From a virus (lineage: Duplodnaviria; Caudoviricetes): DNA of 64,000 nucleotides. The translations under genes were made by a program, and so were the position numbers. Below are positions 49,281 through 59,581 of this stretch, piece after piece; the first letter of the stretch is position 1; each line of letters begins with the position of its first letter. The notes under the pieces were generated by a model that worked only from the letters and a program-made list of their open reading frames with translations, made no database searches and was not told the origin of the DNA. The stretch lies in the IMG/VR virus record IMGVR_UViG_3300032167_000004, positions 96,001 to 160,000 of that record. The stretch is one strand, 5' to 3'.

Positions 49281-52200
49281 TTAGATTGAGAAACAAAGAC
49301 AGATTCTAGTATCTTGGTTAGTATAACTACTAGAAGTAATACTACCATCAAAATTAACGATGGAGAAATAAGTGCTACCAGAATATGCATCAGGGGTACG
49401 AGTCCAGTATTTATTAGCTAAAACCCAACCACCTAAATTCGTTACTGATGAGCCAGATTTCACAGTTAATCCATATCTAGTAATATCTTCTTTACTTATT
49501 AACATATAGCTTGATCCACCAGTAGTCCAAATATCACCAATATTAACAGTAATATCACTATCCGTCTGAGGATCAGTAGTTCCAGTATAATCAGAAGATG
49601 TTTTAGGAATAATATATTTACTAAGTTTTACACGTGCATTATTACTTTCCATAAACGGAATGTCACCATTTACTTCAGATCTACTAGGAATATAGAGATA
49701 ATCATCTGTATAACTAGATTCTGCCGAAGTTGAGTTAGGTGTAGAATCAATTGTAACCTGTCTTATTAAAGATTTCCATACAGTAGGTAGTGCATTATAT
49801 AATCTATCATTCATAAATGCTCTGACATGAGATGCTTTCCAGCTTACATCAGCAGTACTAGTTAACATCTTTATACCTCTATCTTCAAGAAGATTATTTG
49901 CAGCAAACGATGCAATAGATAAGCTACCAGTTCCTGCATAGTTGTATAAACCAGCTCCATAGTATTCCATACGAAGTGTTTCATGATGCCAAGAAGCAAG
50001 CTCTTCACAGAGATCATTACCAAGATCATCAAACCAAATCTTACACCAGTATACCATACCAGTACCATACTGTGAAGTTGTACCGTCTGCATAGTATACA
50101 CCACCTAATGTTAATGGTGACTCAGTTGTAATATCAGAAGAAGAAGTTAAAACCTTTCTTCTAGGTTTACTACTACCATATGCACTATCTAAGTTAAAAT
50201 ATTTACTAAGTGAAGTAGACGATGCATTATAAGCAGTAGAAGTATATGCATATAACTGTCTTTCACCCTTTTTATGACGTAATACAATCATATCTCTATA
50301 ATTTTTAAAACTTACAGAGAAGGTTTCAGTACCCCATTGTACATTGAGCGCATTACCATTTAATCTAATACGGAAACCATTATTATTATTATTTTCAAAA
50401 CAGGATAAAATGGTTGCATTAGTGGCACCATCCATAAATCTAAGATCGATTGCTAAAGTGAATGATTTTTCATAAGAACCGAATAATCTATGTTCAGTAA
50501 CTAATGCACGTTTACCATCAAAATATTCATCGGTAGCAATTACTTCAGAAGCAATGTTTCCAAATTCATAATCACGACTTAAAGTAATATCTGTGTAATC
50601 TTTATTATTAACAAATTCACTAGCTCTACCAGATTTAAATACTGCATAAATTTCAGCAGGACTCATTGCACTCAAACTAGTACCAGGAGTAGGAATAGTT
50701 TTAGAATCCCATACAGCATATACATCAGTATCACCACGAATGAAACCTGTAGATTTGTCCCATCCCATAAATACTTTATATAAGTGGACATCATTACCGA
50801 CTGTAGGTAAAGTTTTACTAAAAGTAGCAGTTTTACCATACTCAACAGTAGTAGAATCTAATGGTGCTTCACCTAAATTAGCATACCAATTAACAGTATA
50901 CATACGAATAGAGGGGTCATATACAGCAATTACAGTTCTATCACTAGAAACGGGGATACTGATATCATCCCATCCACTAAAGCTATAATTATACTGTTCA
51001 TCGCTTTCTAATATAGGCTCTTCAATTTTACCGTCACCATAAGGATCAGGAGGAGTCATACCAATATCAACATACTCAGTCCATAATACAGTCTTATCCT
51101 TATCAGCATTGACATAAGTAATTAAGTACTGAGGAACGATATTGTTTACATTATATTTAACTGTAAGATCAGGCCATGCTTCAGCATATTTTAATAATTC
51201 CTGATTTCTAATAGCACCAGTAACAGTAACTGTACCAGCTAAGCTACTAATATCAAGTTTACCACCATAAGATCTCGGTAATAATTGATTTAATAATTGA
51301 GTATCAGGAAGCAACCAATCGATACCACTTAACGTTAATTCAGTTAAAGTATCAATAGTATCATTGGTAATATCTAAAGTATCAATGTTAGAATCCTTAA
51401 TAGTTAAACGGTTGACATTATCAAAAGAGAATCTTAGATTCGTTAAATATGATAAGTTTTCCATAGAAATAGCATTAATACTATCAGGTAAATATGCAGT
51501 TTGAATTTTACCATTAGGTGCAAAACTCACAGATTTAATATTTGTACCTTCTGCATAGAATTCACGAAGTTCTTTACATCCATAAATTGCAGGAGACTGC
51601 TCTAAACCAGCACAATTGGTAATATCTAATTTTTCAAGAATAGGATTATCACCTAAGTTAACAGCATTTAATGTTTTTTGTATATATCCATCAGCATCAC
51701 TACCAATAATTAAAATTTTTAATTTCTTTGCATTCGGGAAGTTAGCTTCACGAAGATAGAATTTAGATAAGTCATTAATTGCCTGAATCTTAGAAGAAGC
51801 ATAAATTTTGATAATATCAGCAGTTGCACTATCCGTTTCAAAAATATAGGTTTGTCCAGCTTTAGCTCTTTTCTGTTCAGTAGAATCACCGCGTGCAACA
51901 GTTAAATACATATCTTGATAAGGAACTAAGCTTAACGTATAATCAGGTGCTATGCTAGATTCAGCAGTTTTTTCTGCACATCTTATATAAATCTGATCAG
52001 AAATAACTTTACTAGAGATATATTTACTAGCAATATAAATATCATGATTACGTTCAAATTGTCTACGATGATATTTCTTTCTACCATTATATCTCTTAAT
52101 TAAATATTGTTCATCGGCTGCACCAGGAATACTATTATCATAAGATTCACCAGTAAAGGTTCTCCAATACTTTCTTTTCATATCCGCAATCCAAAGTGAT

Positions 52201-55200
52201 TCGGGGAACTGATTTTGCCAGTTATCAAACTCAGTAATAGAATCATGTGAATCCCACATTTTATTATTAACTTTATTATAAACTTCAGTAAGTTTATTAT
52301 GCATTAATTCACGAATTCTACGGAAAAATACACTATAAGCAGCTCTGAAAACATATTCACCACTATCAAGGATATCAATATCTTCCATACCATAAGGCAT
52401 AGTTAATTCGCCGGAGTTATTAATACCTAATGAAGTATCGTTATCATAATCCCAGAATTCGAATCTATATCCATTGTCACCAGTAAATTGAGGTACACTA
52501 TATACTCTAGAATAATGCCAGAAAGTATTTTTTGCACGGTTATCAGCCATGGTAAATCTTTCGGTAAATAAATAGTAATATAAAGCAGAATCTTCAACAA
52601 ACCAATGATTAAATTCATTTACAAATTCTTTATCTGTAGAAGTAATTACCCATTTATAGAAATCGTTCCATACTGCAATATTTTTAGCAATCTGATCATC
52701 ATCAGCATCAGGATGAGTATATCTAAAATCAAAAGTACCTTTTTTACCATTAGCATTATCCTTAGCTTTATCAAACCAGTTATTATATAAATCACTATAT
52801 TTAGGGTTACTGATATTCCACTGACTCTTAGAAATAGGATAAATCATTTTAGAAGGATCCTGACTATTATCAGTATAAATGCCAGTATCAAAACAAGAAT
52901 TAGGTCTATCCCAGTCAGCAATTTCTACGACGAACTCATTAATATCATCAGGATCATCTACACGAGTATCATCAGTATTCTTAGAATCACCGAGGTTTCC
53001 GAGTGCGTAAAAATGCCATTCATTATCCTTGAATTCACTATGCACATTAACATCAGGATCATTTTCTCTGATGAAAACAACACAGTTAACAAATTCCATA
53101 GTATTTTTAACTTTAGGATTATTTTTATTTGCAACGCTCTGATAAGGAAGATAATCATTAAATCTCTTAGCTAATAATGCATTATTAGCATTCTCAGAGC
53201 TGGCAATATTAACTTTAATATTAAAGTATGCATTAGGAATAGAATTTTCAGTAAGAGTAACTTTACCCGTACCATCACTAATGACAGTACCATCACCCAT
53301 AGTTAATTCTGTAATATAATCTGCTTCGAAAGTAGTCTTTTTCATTTCATACACACCATCAAAACAGAATGCAATATCAATGTTTCTACCAGAATAACCA
53401 TAAGAGTTAGAAGAAGTACCCTGACCAGTATGATAACAATTGATAGCAGACCAGTTATCTTCAACTTTTCTACCATTCTTATGTCTAATTTGAATATCAC
53501 ATTTTTCAGGCTTATCCTTATCGGTTGTAAATCTAGATCTACAGTCAATCATGACAATTTTAAGATCCGGACATGCATTATATACAGAATCAGGTGTGAT
53601 AAGCTTAGTTTCTGAATCACGAATCTGATTTCTATTATATCTAGCAAGCATTTCAGAAGAAGTTCGCGCATCAAGAATAAAATTACTCAATACATCATCT
53701 GTATCCAATGCAGTTGTGTATGCCTTCATTCTATAAATATAAGTATCACAATCATCAGAACCAATAGTAATAGGAACAGTACCGATGGCTGTTTGATAGA
53801 ATGTTGCTTCTTTATTATATTGCATAGGTCTCAGAGGAACACCATCCTCATAACTCATTACAACTGAATATCCCTTACTATTAGCAGTACTAATACTATC
53901 AATAGTATAATCAAATTCAATAATATCTTCTTCGCTATAAGGAATATATAATTCACTAACACTATTTCTAATATATGCTTCGTGAACATTCATCTCAAGA
54001 CCAATACCTTTATCAGGAGATATACAATTCAAGAACTGTGCTTTAGCCTGTTTAACATTGGTAGTTTTGAAGATACATTTAAAAGATGCACCATATTTAG
54101 CAGGATCATTATCAGAACTAAATAAATTATAGCTAATAGTAGCTCTAGTACCAGCTTTTACACAGAAACATGCATCTCCGTTTTCATCTAATACATAACC
54201 GCCATTATACCAGTCAAAGTCTTCAGAGACAGATAACTTAATATTATTATTTTTAGAATATTTCCACAATCTATTCTGAGAACTATTGGAATATCCAACA
54301 GGGTTAAAATCAAATGCTAAACTACCAACAACAGGTTCGATATTGATATCAACTTTTTGAATATCCAGTACAATATTAACAGGCTTTGCTTTACCACAAG
54401 AAATGGTAATATTACTAATACCATACTCACTAGCAGGATGAATAATTTCATCCGTAACTTTAGTTAAAGTCTTAGGATTAGTAACACCATCAATAGTGAT
54501 ATTAACATTGGATTGTGTATCGCCATTGTAATTGGAATATACAACATAAGGAATAGTCTCAGGAGTATATTGGTCAATACGTATAGTACCTCTATAATCA
54601 CTTCTATATATACAGCCGATAATAGGAATATCAGAATCTTTATCAAAACAAATAATATCTCTATAAACATGATCAGATGTAACAGTTTTAGCACCAATAG
54701 TGGCAGTTAACCAGCATTCAACTAAATGTGCACCATGTGTTTGGGGAGGAATTATGAACGGTCTATTGGAACCTGAAATATTCTTAGGAATAACCTCCTC
54801 AAGAACCATTTCACCATCAAGTTTAATGTGAATAGTTTTTTCAATAGTACCAATAGGTCTATACAAGAAAGTAATTTCTTCACCCACATCACATACATCA
54901 GTATCATTAAAATCACATTCTAATCCTAAATCAACAACATTAACTGAGAAGATAAGGGGGGTAGACTGTTCACCAAAATAGTTAGTTGCGATTAATTGTA
55001 AATATTTAGTACCAGTACCACTGATCTTTTCATGTAAATTAGGGAAATCATTACGACCACTGACTAATGATCCATTTTCAATAATAGTATTACCTAATTT
55101 CCAAGTATATGTACCAGGAATATCATTACCATTAGCATCTTTACACATATAATTTACAGAAATAACAAATTTTTCAGAAGGAGAAACAACAATACTTGTT

Positions 55201-55661
55201 TCACCATTAACGGTAAGAACAATGCTACTAGAGCCATCTCCAGAACCACCGCCTCCGCCGGTACCACCACCGCTACTAATAGGCTCGAATTCATTATTAA
55301 TAAAACGGTAATGAGTATAATAATTTTTTCCTTCATGTTTAATATAATAATCAGTTAATTCATTAGCATCTTTAACTGGAGGTAAATTAGTACCGATATA
55401 AGGTTGAGAACCAGAAATTGATTTCCAGTCATTATCAATCCATTTATATAATACATAACCACCAGAAGACCTTAATAAATAGTCAATACCTGCTTCACCT
55501 TTATTAGGTAAAGTTTCAACGATCATAGTACCGACTTCAGCAATATCGATATTACCATGAGCATCAGGACCTAATCCATTAACTGTAACAACAGCATTTT
55601 TAGCTCGTTCAATAGCAATATCAATGTCTGTACCACTATGACTAGATCTATGAATTTTCAT
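49281..55661 (-). CDS. Giant multidomain virion protein (LamG-like, CotH-like kinase fold, LRR, InlB B-repeats, CLec/DUF6273-like end)
   Basis: GQGTSS..Y, DNRAKN, YDNDT.LG, LEKLDITNC LRRs, F.GWD repeats, YWTRTP...ICLCF C-terminus. Confidence 0.7.
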   Translation of the reverse strand: MKIHRSSHSGTDIDIAIERAKNAVVTVNGLGPDAHGNIDIAEVGTMIVETLPNKGEAGIDYLLRSSGGYVLYKWIDNDWKSISGSQPYIGTNLPPVKDANELTDYYIKHEGKNYYTHYRFINNEFEPISSGGGTGGGGGSGDGSSSIVLTVNGETSIVVSPSEKFVISVNYMCKDANGNDIPGTYTWKLGNTIIENGSLVSGRNDFPNLHEKISGTGTKYLQLIATNYFGEQSTPLIFSVNVVDLGLECDFNDTDVCDVGEEITFLYRPIGTIEKTIHIKLDGEMVLEEVIPKNISGSNRPFIIPPQTHGAHLVECWLTATIGAKTVTSDHVYRDIICFDKDSDIPIIGCIYRSDYRGTIRIDQYTPETIPYVVYSNYNGDTQSNVNITIDGVTNPKTLTKVTDEIIHPASEYGISNITISCGKAKPVNIVLDIQKVDINIEPVVGSLAFDFNPVGYSNSSQNRLWKYSKNNNIKLSVSEDFDWYNGGYVLDENGDACFCVKAGTRATISYNLFSSDNDPAKYGASFKCIFKTTNVKQAKAQFLNCISPDKGIGLEMNVHEAYIRNSVSELYIPYSEEDIIEFDYTIDSISTANSKGYSVVMSYEDGVPLRPMQYNKEATFYQTAIGTVPITIGSDDCDTYIYRMKAYTTALDTDDVLSNFILDARTSSEMLARYNRNQIRDSETKLITPDSVYNACPDLKIVMIDCRSRFTTDKDKPEKCDIQIRHKNGRKVEDNWSAINCYHTGQGTSSNSYGYSGRNIDIAFCFDGVYEMKKTTFEADYITELTMGDGTVISDGTGKVTLTENSIPNAYFNIKVNIASSENANNALLAKRFNDYLPYQSVANKNNPKVKNTMEFVNCVVFIRENDPDVNVHSEFKDNEWHFYALGNLGDSKNTDDTRVDDPDDINEFVVEIADWDRPNSCFDTGIYTDNSQDPSKMIYPISKSQWNISNPKYSDLYNNWFDKAKDNANGKKGTFDFRYTHPDADDDQIAKNIAVWNDFYKWVITSTDKEFVNEFNHWFVEDSALYYYLFTERFTMADNRAKNTFWHYSRVYSVPQFTGDNGYRFEFWDYDNDTSLGINNSGELTMPYGMEDIDILDSGEYVFRAAYSVFFRRIRELMHNKLTEVYNKVNNKMWDSHDSITEFDNWQNQFPESLWIADMKRKYWRTFTGESYDNSIPGAADEQYLIKRYNGRKKYHRRQFERNHDIYIASKYISSKVISDQIYIRCAEKTAESSIAPDYTLSLVPYQDMYLTVARGDSTEQKRAKAGQTYIFETDSATADIIKIYASSKIQAINDLSKFYLREANFPNAKKLKILIIGSDADGYIQKTLNAVNLGDNPILEKLDITNCAGLEQSPAIYGCKELREFYAEGTNIKSVSFAPNGKIQTAYLPDSINAISMENLSYLTNLRFSFDNVNRLTIKDSNIDTLDITNDTIDTLTELTLSGIDWLLPDTQLLNQLLPRSYGGKLDISSLAGTVTVTGAIRNQELLKYAEAWPDLTVKYNVNNIVPQYLITYVNADKDKTVLWTEYVDIGMTPPDPYGDGKIEEPILESDEQYNYSFSGWDDISIPVSSDRTVIAVYDPSIRMYTVNWYANLGEAPLDSTTVEYGKTATFSKTLPTVGNDVHLYKVFMGWDKSTGFIRGDTDVYAVWDSKTIPTPGTSLSAMSPAEIYAVFKSGRASEFVNNKDYTDITLSRDYEFGNIASEVIATDEYFDGKRALVTEHRLFGSYEKSFTLAIDLRFMDGATNATILSCFENNNNNGFRIRLNGNALNVQWGTETFSVSFKNYRDMIVLRHKKGERQLYAYTSTAYNASSTSLSKYFNLDSAYGSSKPRRKVLTSSSDITTESPLTLGGVYYADGTTSQYGTGMVYWCKIWFDDLGNDLCEELASWHHETLRMEYYGAGLYNYAGTGSLSIASFAANNLLEDRGIKMLTSTADVSWKASHVRAFMNDRLYNALPTVWKSLIRQVTIDSTPNSTSAESSYTDDYLYIPSRSEVNGDIPFMESNNARVKLSKYIIPKTSSDYTGTTDPQTDSDITVNIGDIWTTGGSSYMLISKEDITRYGLTVKSGSSVTNLGGWVLANKYWTRTPDAYSGSTYFSIVNFDGSITSSSYTNQDTRICLCFSI

Positions 55662-55675
55662 TATATCACCTCACG

Positions 55676-56689
55676 TTATTCATTACGTACAAGGAACAGT
55701 AACATATCATCAGTACCATCAATTGTACCACCAATAGTTTCAGGATCATAGGTACCAGCAATCATAGCATCAATATCCTCTATAGTAGTCCAATTGAGTG
55801 AATCTTGTTTATTGTCCATATCATTTCTAAGTTTAACCATCATATTAGCTTGAGGTTCAATATAAATAATAATATGTGATTCATCTACACGAGAAATCAC
55901 TTGATAACCCATTTCATTTGTTGAAGGAATTGCAATACCTGTGTCATTAGACATACAGGTTTTACCTACAACACATTTACCATTATCAATTACAGTTACA
56001 ATACCAGAATTTAATACATAGGTATATTTATTTAATAAATTACCTTCAGTATCAAATTTATATTCACCTGCACCAGTAGAGAAACCAGGTTTTTCTACAG
56101 TGACACCACGAATATTAGAAGTAGAATTAGCCTTAATAATATTTATACTAGCTTTACTTGTATCAGATGTTACAAAATAACCAATTCGATCTTCAGCAGC
56201 TTTATTACCATCAGACCATTCAGCTATTTCAGCATAGCCAATTAAAGTAGAAGCAATAGTACCTGTACTATTAATATCAGCTTTACTATCAATTAATTCT
56301 TTAATTAATTCGTATAACTGTTTAAGAGCACTAGGAGTTGCTGCAATACCTTCACTTGCATCACTATCTAAATCATAATCATCACTTAATTTAACGTGAC
56401 CAAATTTTAATGCATTACCAACACCACAAGATTTATCATAAGAAGTATGGTCTGCAGCTGCAACACTTAATACGGTTCTAAGCTCAGAGACACTAGAAAC
56501 AGATACACCAGTACCACCATCTTTAAGAGGTATAGGTCCAGTAGGTTGTTCCTCTTCAATAGACCCTTCAACTAAATATAATTCATTTTCATTAATAGAA
56601 CCAGATCTATTAATTTCTTCATAAATATCTTCAGTCATTACATGAATCTTAAGAGACTCAGTAGTTGTATTTTTAGTAGAAAAAGCCAT
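55676..56689 (-). CDS. Peptidase G2-like domain protein with fibre repeat, paralog of 47670
   Basis: LKI.VM...Y......INENELYLVE N-terminus, FGHVKLSD...AATP.ALK, EW.DGN..EDRIGYFV. Confidence 0.65.
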   Translation of the reverse strand: MAFSTKNTTTESLKIHVMTEDIYEEINRSGSINENELYLVEGSIEEEQPTGPIPLKDGGTGVSVSSVSELRTVLSVAAADHTSYDKSCGVGNALKFGHVKLSDDYDLDSDASEGIAATPSALKQLYELIKELIDSKADINSTGTIASTLIGYAEIAEWSDGNKAAEDRIGYFVTSDTSKASINIIKANSTSNIRGVTVEKPGFSTGAGEYKFDTEGNLLNKYTYVLNSGIVTVIDNGKCVVGKTCMSNDTGIAIPSTNEMGYQVISRVDESHIIIYIEPQANMMVKLRNDMDNKQDSLNWTTIEDIDAMIAGTYDPETIGGTIDGTDDMLLFLVRNE

Positions 56690-56724
56690 TAAAAATTCTC
56701 ACTCCTTTCGTAAGAATATATCAA

Positions 56725-57189
56725 TCATCTTGAATAAGTGATAAATTCTGCAGCAGGATGAACCTTAATGGGAAGCTCACCATTTTCATCTAATGTAGCT
56801 AAACCATTAGGTTTACCAATCATATTTGTAGTTAAAATTTCTAAATAACCTGCAGGAGAATTTAAATTATCTAAATCAATAACTATAAAATATCTACCTT
56901 CATCAATAGTTCTAATACATTCGTTTAATTTTACATCAGAAGATGATAAAGCGAACATATCATCTAAAGTATCAACACTTCTAGATGTTGAAATTGATGA
57001 TAAATCTTGTAAATATGTAGATAATTTTATACCATTATCAATATCTGTATAAACTTCGTTTGCGGTTATGATTGGAAATACAGGAATAAAACTACCATCA
57101 GGCTGTTTAGCTTTCATGATAGTTGACATAGTTTTAACTAATTCCTTAGTATTAACTTCACCAGTCGTATAAGTAATTTCTTCAGCCAT
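56725..57189 (-). CDS. Small fibre-related protein
   Basis: KQPDGSF..FP motif; NGLATLDENG.LP. Confidence 0.7.
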   Translation of the reverse strand: MAEEITYTTGEVNTKELVKTMSTIMKAKQPDGSFIPVFPIITANEVYTDIDNGIKLSTYLQDLSSISTSRSVDTLDDMFALSSSDVKLNECIRTIDEGRYFIVIDLDNLNSPAGYLEILTTNMIGKPNGLATLDENGELPIKVHPAAEFITYSR

Positions 57190-57226
57190 ATTTTTAACCC
57201 CCTTTTACATTAGTATTTTCTTTTAA

Positions 57227-57745
57227 TTAAATATCATCTAATGTATAAGTTTTAAATTCAACATGCTGAGGAATTGCATTAATATCAATTTTACCATCAT
57301 TATCTAATTTTAAAATTTTATTAGGTTCAGGAGTTTCAACAACATCTGTTGATAACACTCTAGCATTTAAAGCTTCTTGTGTTGCAGTACTGATGGGTTT
57401 ATCCATATCTGAAGTGTTATCAACATTTTCTAAACCTAATTGTGCCTTGGTCACATTATGAGGATTTTCTTTATTATTAATATGACCTTCAAGTTGTTCA
57501 CTTGATGCTGCACCAGTAATACCAAACTCTTCTAAAGTTGTAGGTTTATTAGTAATTCCTGTCCAAGGTACAGAATCAGCTTTTGCTGCAGTACCAGTAT
57601 ATTTATCACCATTTTCGGTAAATTTAGAAGACAGTAAACTACCATCATCCATAACTACACTATCAATTGTGACAGTGGGAGAATATTTTAAAAAGCTACC
57701 ATCAGGTTGTTTAATTTTTAAATCAGTACGAATATACTCACTCAT
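57227..57745 (-). CDS. Small fibre-related protein
   Basis: KQPDGSF, WTGITNKPTT, NPHNVTKAQLGL.NVDNTSD.DKPIS.A motifs. Confidence 0.75.
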   Translation of the reverse strand: MSEYIRTDLKIKQPDGSFLKYSPTVTIDSVVMDDGSLLSSKFTENGDKYTGTAAKADSVPWTGITNKPTTLEEFGITGAASSEQLEGHINNKENPHNVTKAQLGLENVDNTSDMDKPISTATQEALNARVLSTDVVETPEPNKILKLDNDGKIDINAIPQHVEFKTYTLDDI

Positions 57746-57769
57746 AATAAGTAGCACTTCCTTCCATAC

Positions 57770-58717
57770 TTATTTATCTAAAACTAATAAATCATTATAA
57801 ATCTTACTACCAGTATTACCCACGATACTTTCTAATATATATTGATTATTTATATAACCACCATTGGTTACAGAAATAATATTATATAAGAAATAAGGTA
57901 AACACTCTAATGATAATAAGTTACTTGCTTCATACATATTAATGAAAGCTTCTAAATAACCTCTAACAGATAAATCTTTAAAGCCTAAATTTAATGCAGG
58001 AAGTTTTAAAGCATTAATGAAAGTTTCTAAATTTTCAAATGCTTCAGGAGGAACTAATTCATTAACTTCTTGTAAGGAATAAATATTACCATTAGGACAG
58101 TTTTTAATAGCATAATTAAATACCATATCACTATCAGGTAATCCTAAGACATTAATCATATAAAATTTACTTGCTAAGAATAAAACTTTATGCATTTTAC
58201 TCTTATCGATATTTAAAGAATATTTCTTATTTAATACCTTAGTAAACATAGCTGAATAAATTTCAGAACCACCAGATAAAATAACGGATCTAGTAACTAA
58301 TTGTCTCTGTCTTAAATGAATTAATCTTGCTATATAAGCAGCTTCCAACATACAATATAATTTTTTAGGATCAATTCTTACGCTATTAGTTTCTTCATCA
58401 TACACACCATAAATATCAATAGATACTACAGCAATAACTTCTTTTTCAGCATCACTAACTAAGAAAAAAGGTAATGCTGTAGGTAATTTACTACCTACAC
58501 CATATCTCATCTCAATAGTACCATTATTGATAGATTCTAAAACTTTAAATTTAAAAGGAAACTTAAAGTTTTTAGTAATAATCATTAAAGGTTCTTCGAG
58601 TTCTTTCATCGTGATAACTTTACCATTCTTAAGGAGATTTGCAATGTTATTAGTTATACCATTTGATCTATTCAAATGGTTATAAATAAAAGTTGAATTT
58701 AACGATTTAAGACTCAC
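57770..58717 (-). CDS. Jumbo-phage protein of unknown function
   Basis: GTG start with AGGAGTG; late-type promoter. Confidence 0.75.
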   Translation of the reverse strand: MSLKSLNSTFIYNHLNRSNGITNNIANLLKNGKVITMKELEEPLMIITKNFKFPFKFKVLESINNGTIEMRYGVGSKLPTALPFFLVSDAEKEVIAVVSIDIYGVYDEETNSVRIDPKKLYCMLEAAYIARLIHLRQRQLVTRSVILSGGSEIYSAMFTKVLNKKYSLNIDKSKMHKVLFLASKFYMINVLGLPDSDMVFNYAIKNCPNGNIYSLQEVNELVPPEAFENLETFINALKLPALNLGFKDLSVRGYLEAFINMYEASNLLSLECLPYFLYNIISVTNGGYINNQYILESIVGNTGSKIYNDLLVLDK

Positions 58718-58751
58718 AGATTAATCACTCCTTTACTAAAAGAATTATTTT

Positions 58752-58763
58752 TATATTAATGTT
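58752..58763 (-). promoter_or_regulatory. Putative late promoter AACA-N6-TA
   Basis: Minus strand AACATTAATATA. Confidence 0.6.
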
Positions 58764-58797
58764 TTACAGGATAAAATAGATTGAGAAATCAAATAAA

Positions 58798-58837
58798 AAT
58801 GGATATAAACGGAATTTTTAATCCGTTTATATCCATT
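58798..58837 (-). terminator. Terminator hairpin
   Basis: AATGGATATAAACGGA-8nt-TCCGTTTATATCCATT with U-tract. Confidence 0.8.
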
Positions 58838-58841
58838 AAAA

Positions 58842-59564
58842 TTATTTTTTAAGAGTTTTAGGAAGGGCAAGAGTTTTAGTAACTAAGTCAGATTTAATAC
58901 CACAACCTAAAAGATAAGTATCAACAGTATTTAATGTAGTCTTATTTTCTGCATTATTAGTTAACTCATCTAAAGATACATATCCCTTTTTAGAGATCTC
59001 AGAGTACATCTCAGTTTTCATAGTCATGTCATCAGCTCTACCACCAAGTAATTCTCTTAAAGAATTCTCTGCACCAAGAGTAACCAGAGAGAATGTTTCT
59101 GCATCAGATTCACGAGCATTCTTATCTTTGTTCACAACTTGACCCGTCAATGCAGATCTGCTAGAAATATCCGTAGATGTAGTATTCTTTTTAGAAAGAA
59201 TCTGCTGCATACGTTTAATGTGTAGGTAACCTATAGGGACGGGATATTTAGTTAATACTGGATTATCAGTATTACCGTTCACAAAAGGCATTGCTACCTT
59301 TTCCATTAAAGGTACATCCAATACTTTAGCTGCAGCTTCAATATTTTCAATTGTTAAATCTCTTTCATAGTTAACGATATCTAATACTAGATATAATTCT
59401 TCATTAGCAAATAAATTCTTAAAGAATTTATCAAATTCATTATCATTCATACTGGAAAACATAGCTTTATATTTATTAGTATTTACTTCACTAGGATCTA
59501 ATGTAGAAAATACTTTATAAATTAAGTTTTCCATTTCTTTTCTTTTAGTAGAATTAATAGCCAT
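58842..59564 (-). CDS. rpoB: Split multisubunit RNA polymerase, beta-subunit C-terminal fragment (phiKZ/AR9-type, probably virion RNAP)
   Basis: IGYLHIKRMQQILSKKN...RSALTGQV....ARESDAE..L...GA...LRELLGGRADD aligns with RpoB VGYMYMLKL.H...K..ARS...LVTQQP....R.GEME..AL.AYGA...L.E.L..KSDD. Confidence 0.75.
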   Translation of the reverse strand: MAINSTKRKEMENLIYKVFSTLDPSEVNTNKYKAMFSSMNDNEFDKFFKNLFANEELYLVLDIVNYERDLTIENIEAAAKVLDVPLMEKVAMPFVNGNTDNPVLTKYPVPIGYLHIKRMQQILSKKNTTSTDISSRSALTGQVVNKDKNARESDAETFSLVTLGAENSLRELLGGRADDMTMKTEMYSEISKKGYVSLDELTNNAENKTTLNTVDTYLLGCGIKSDLVTKTLALPKTLKK

Positions 59565-59581
59565 ATTATATTATCACCTAC

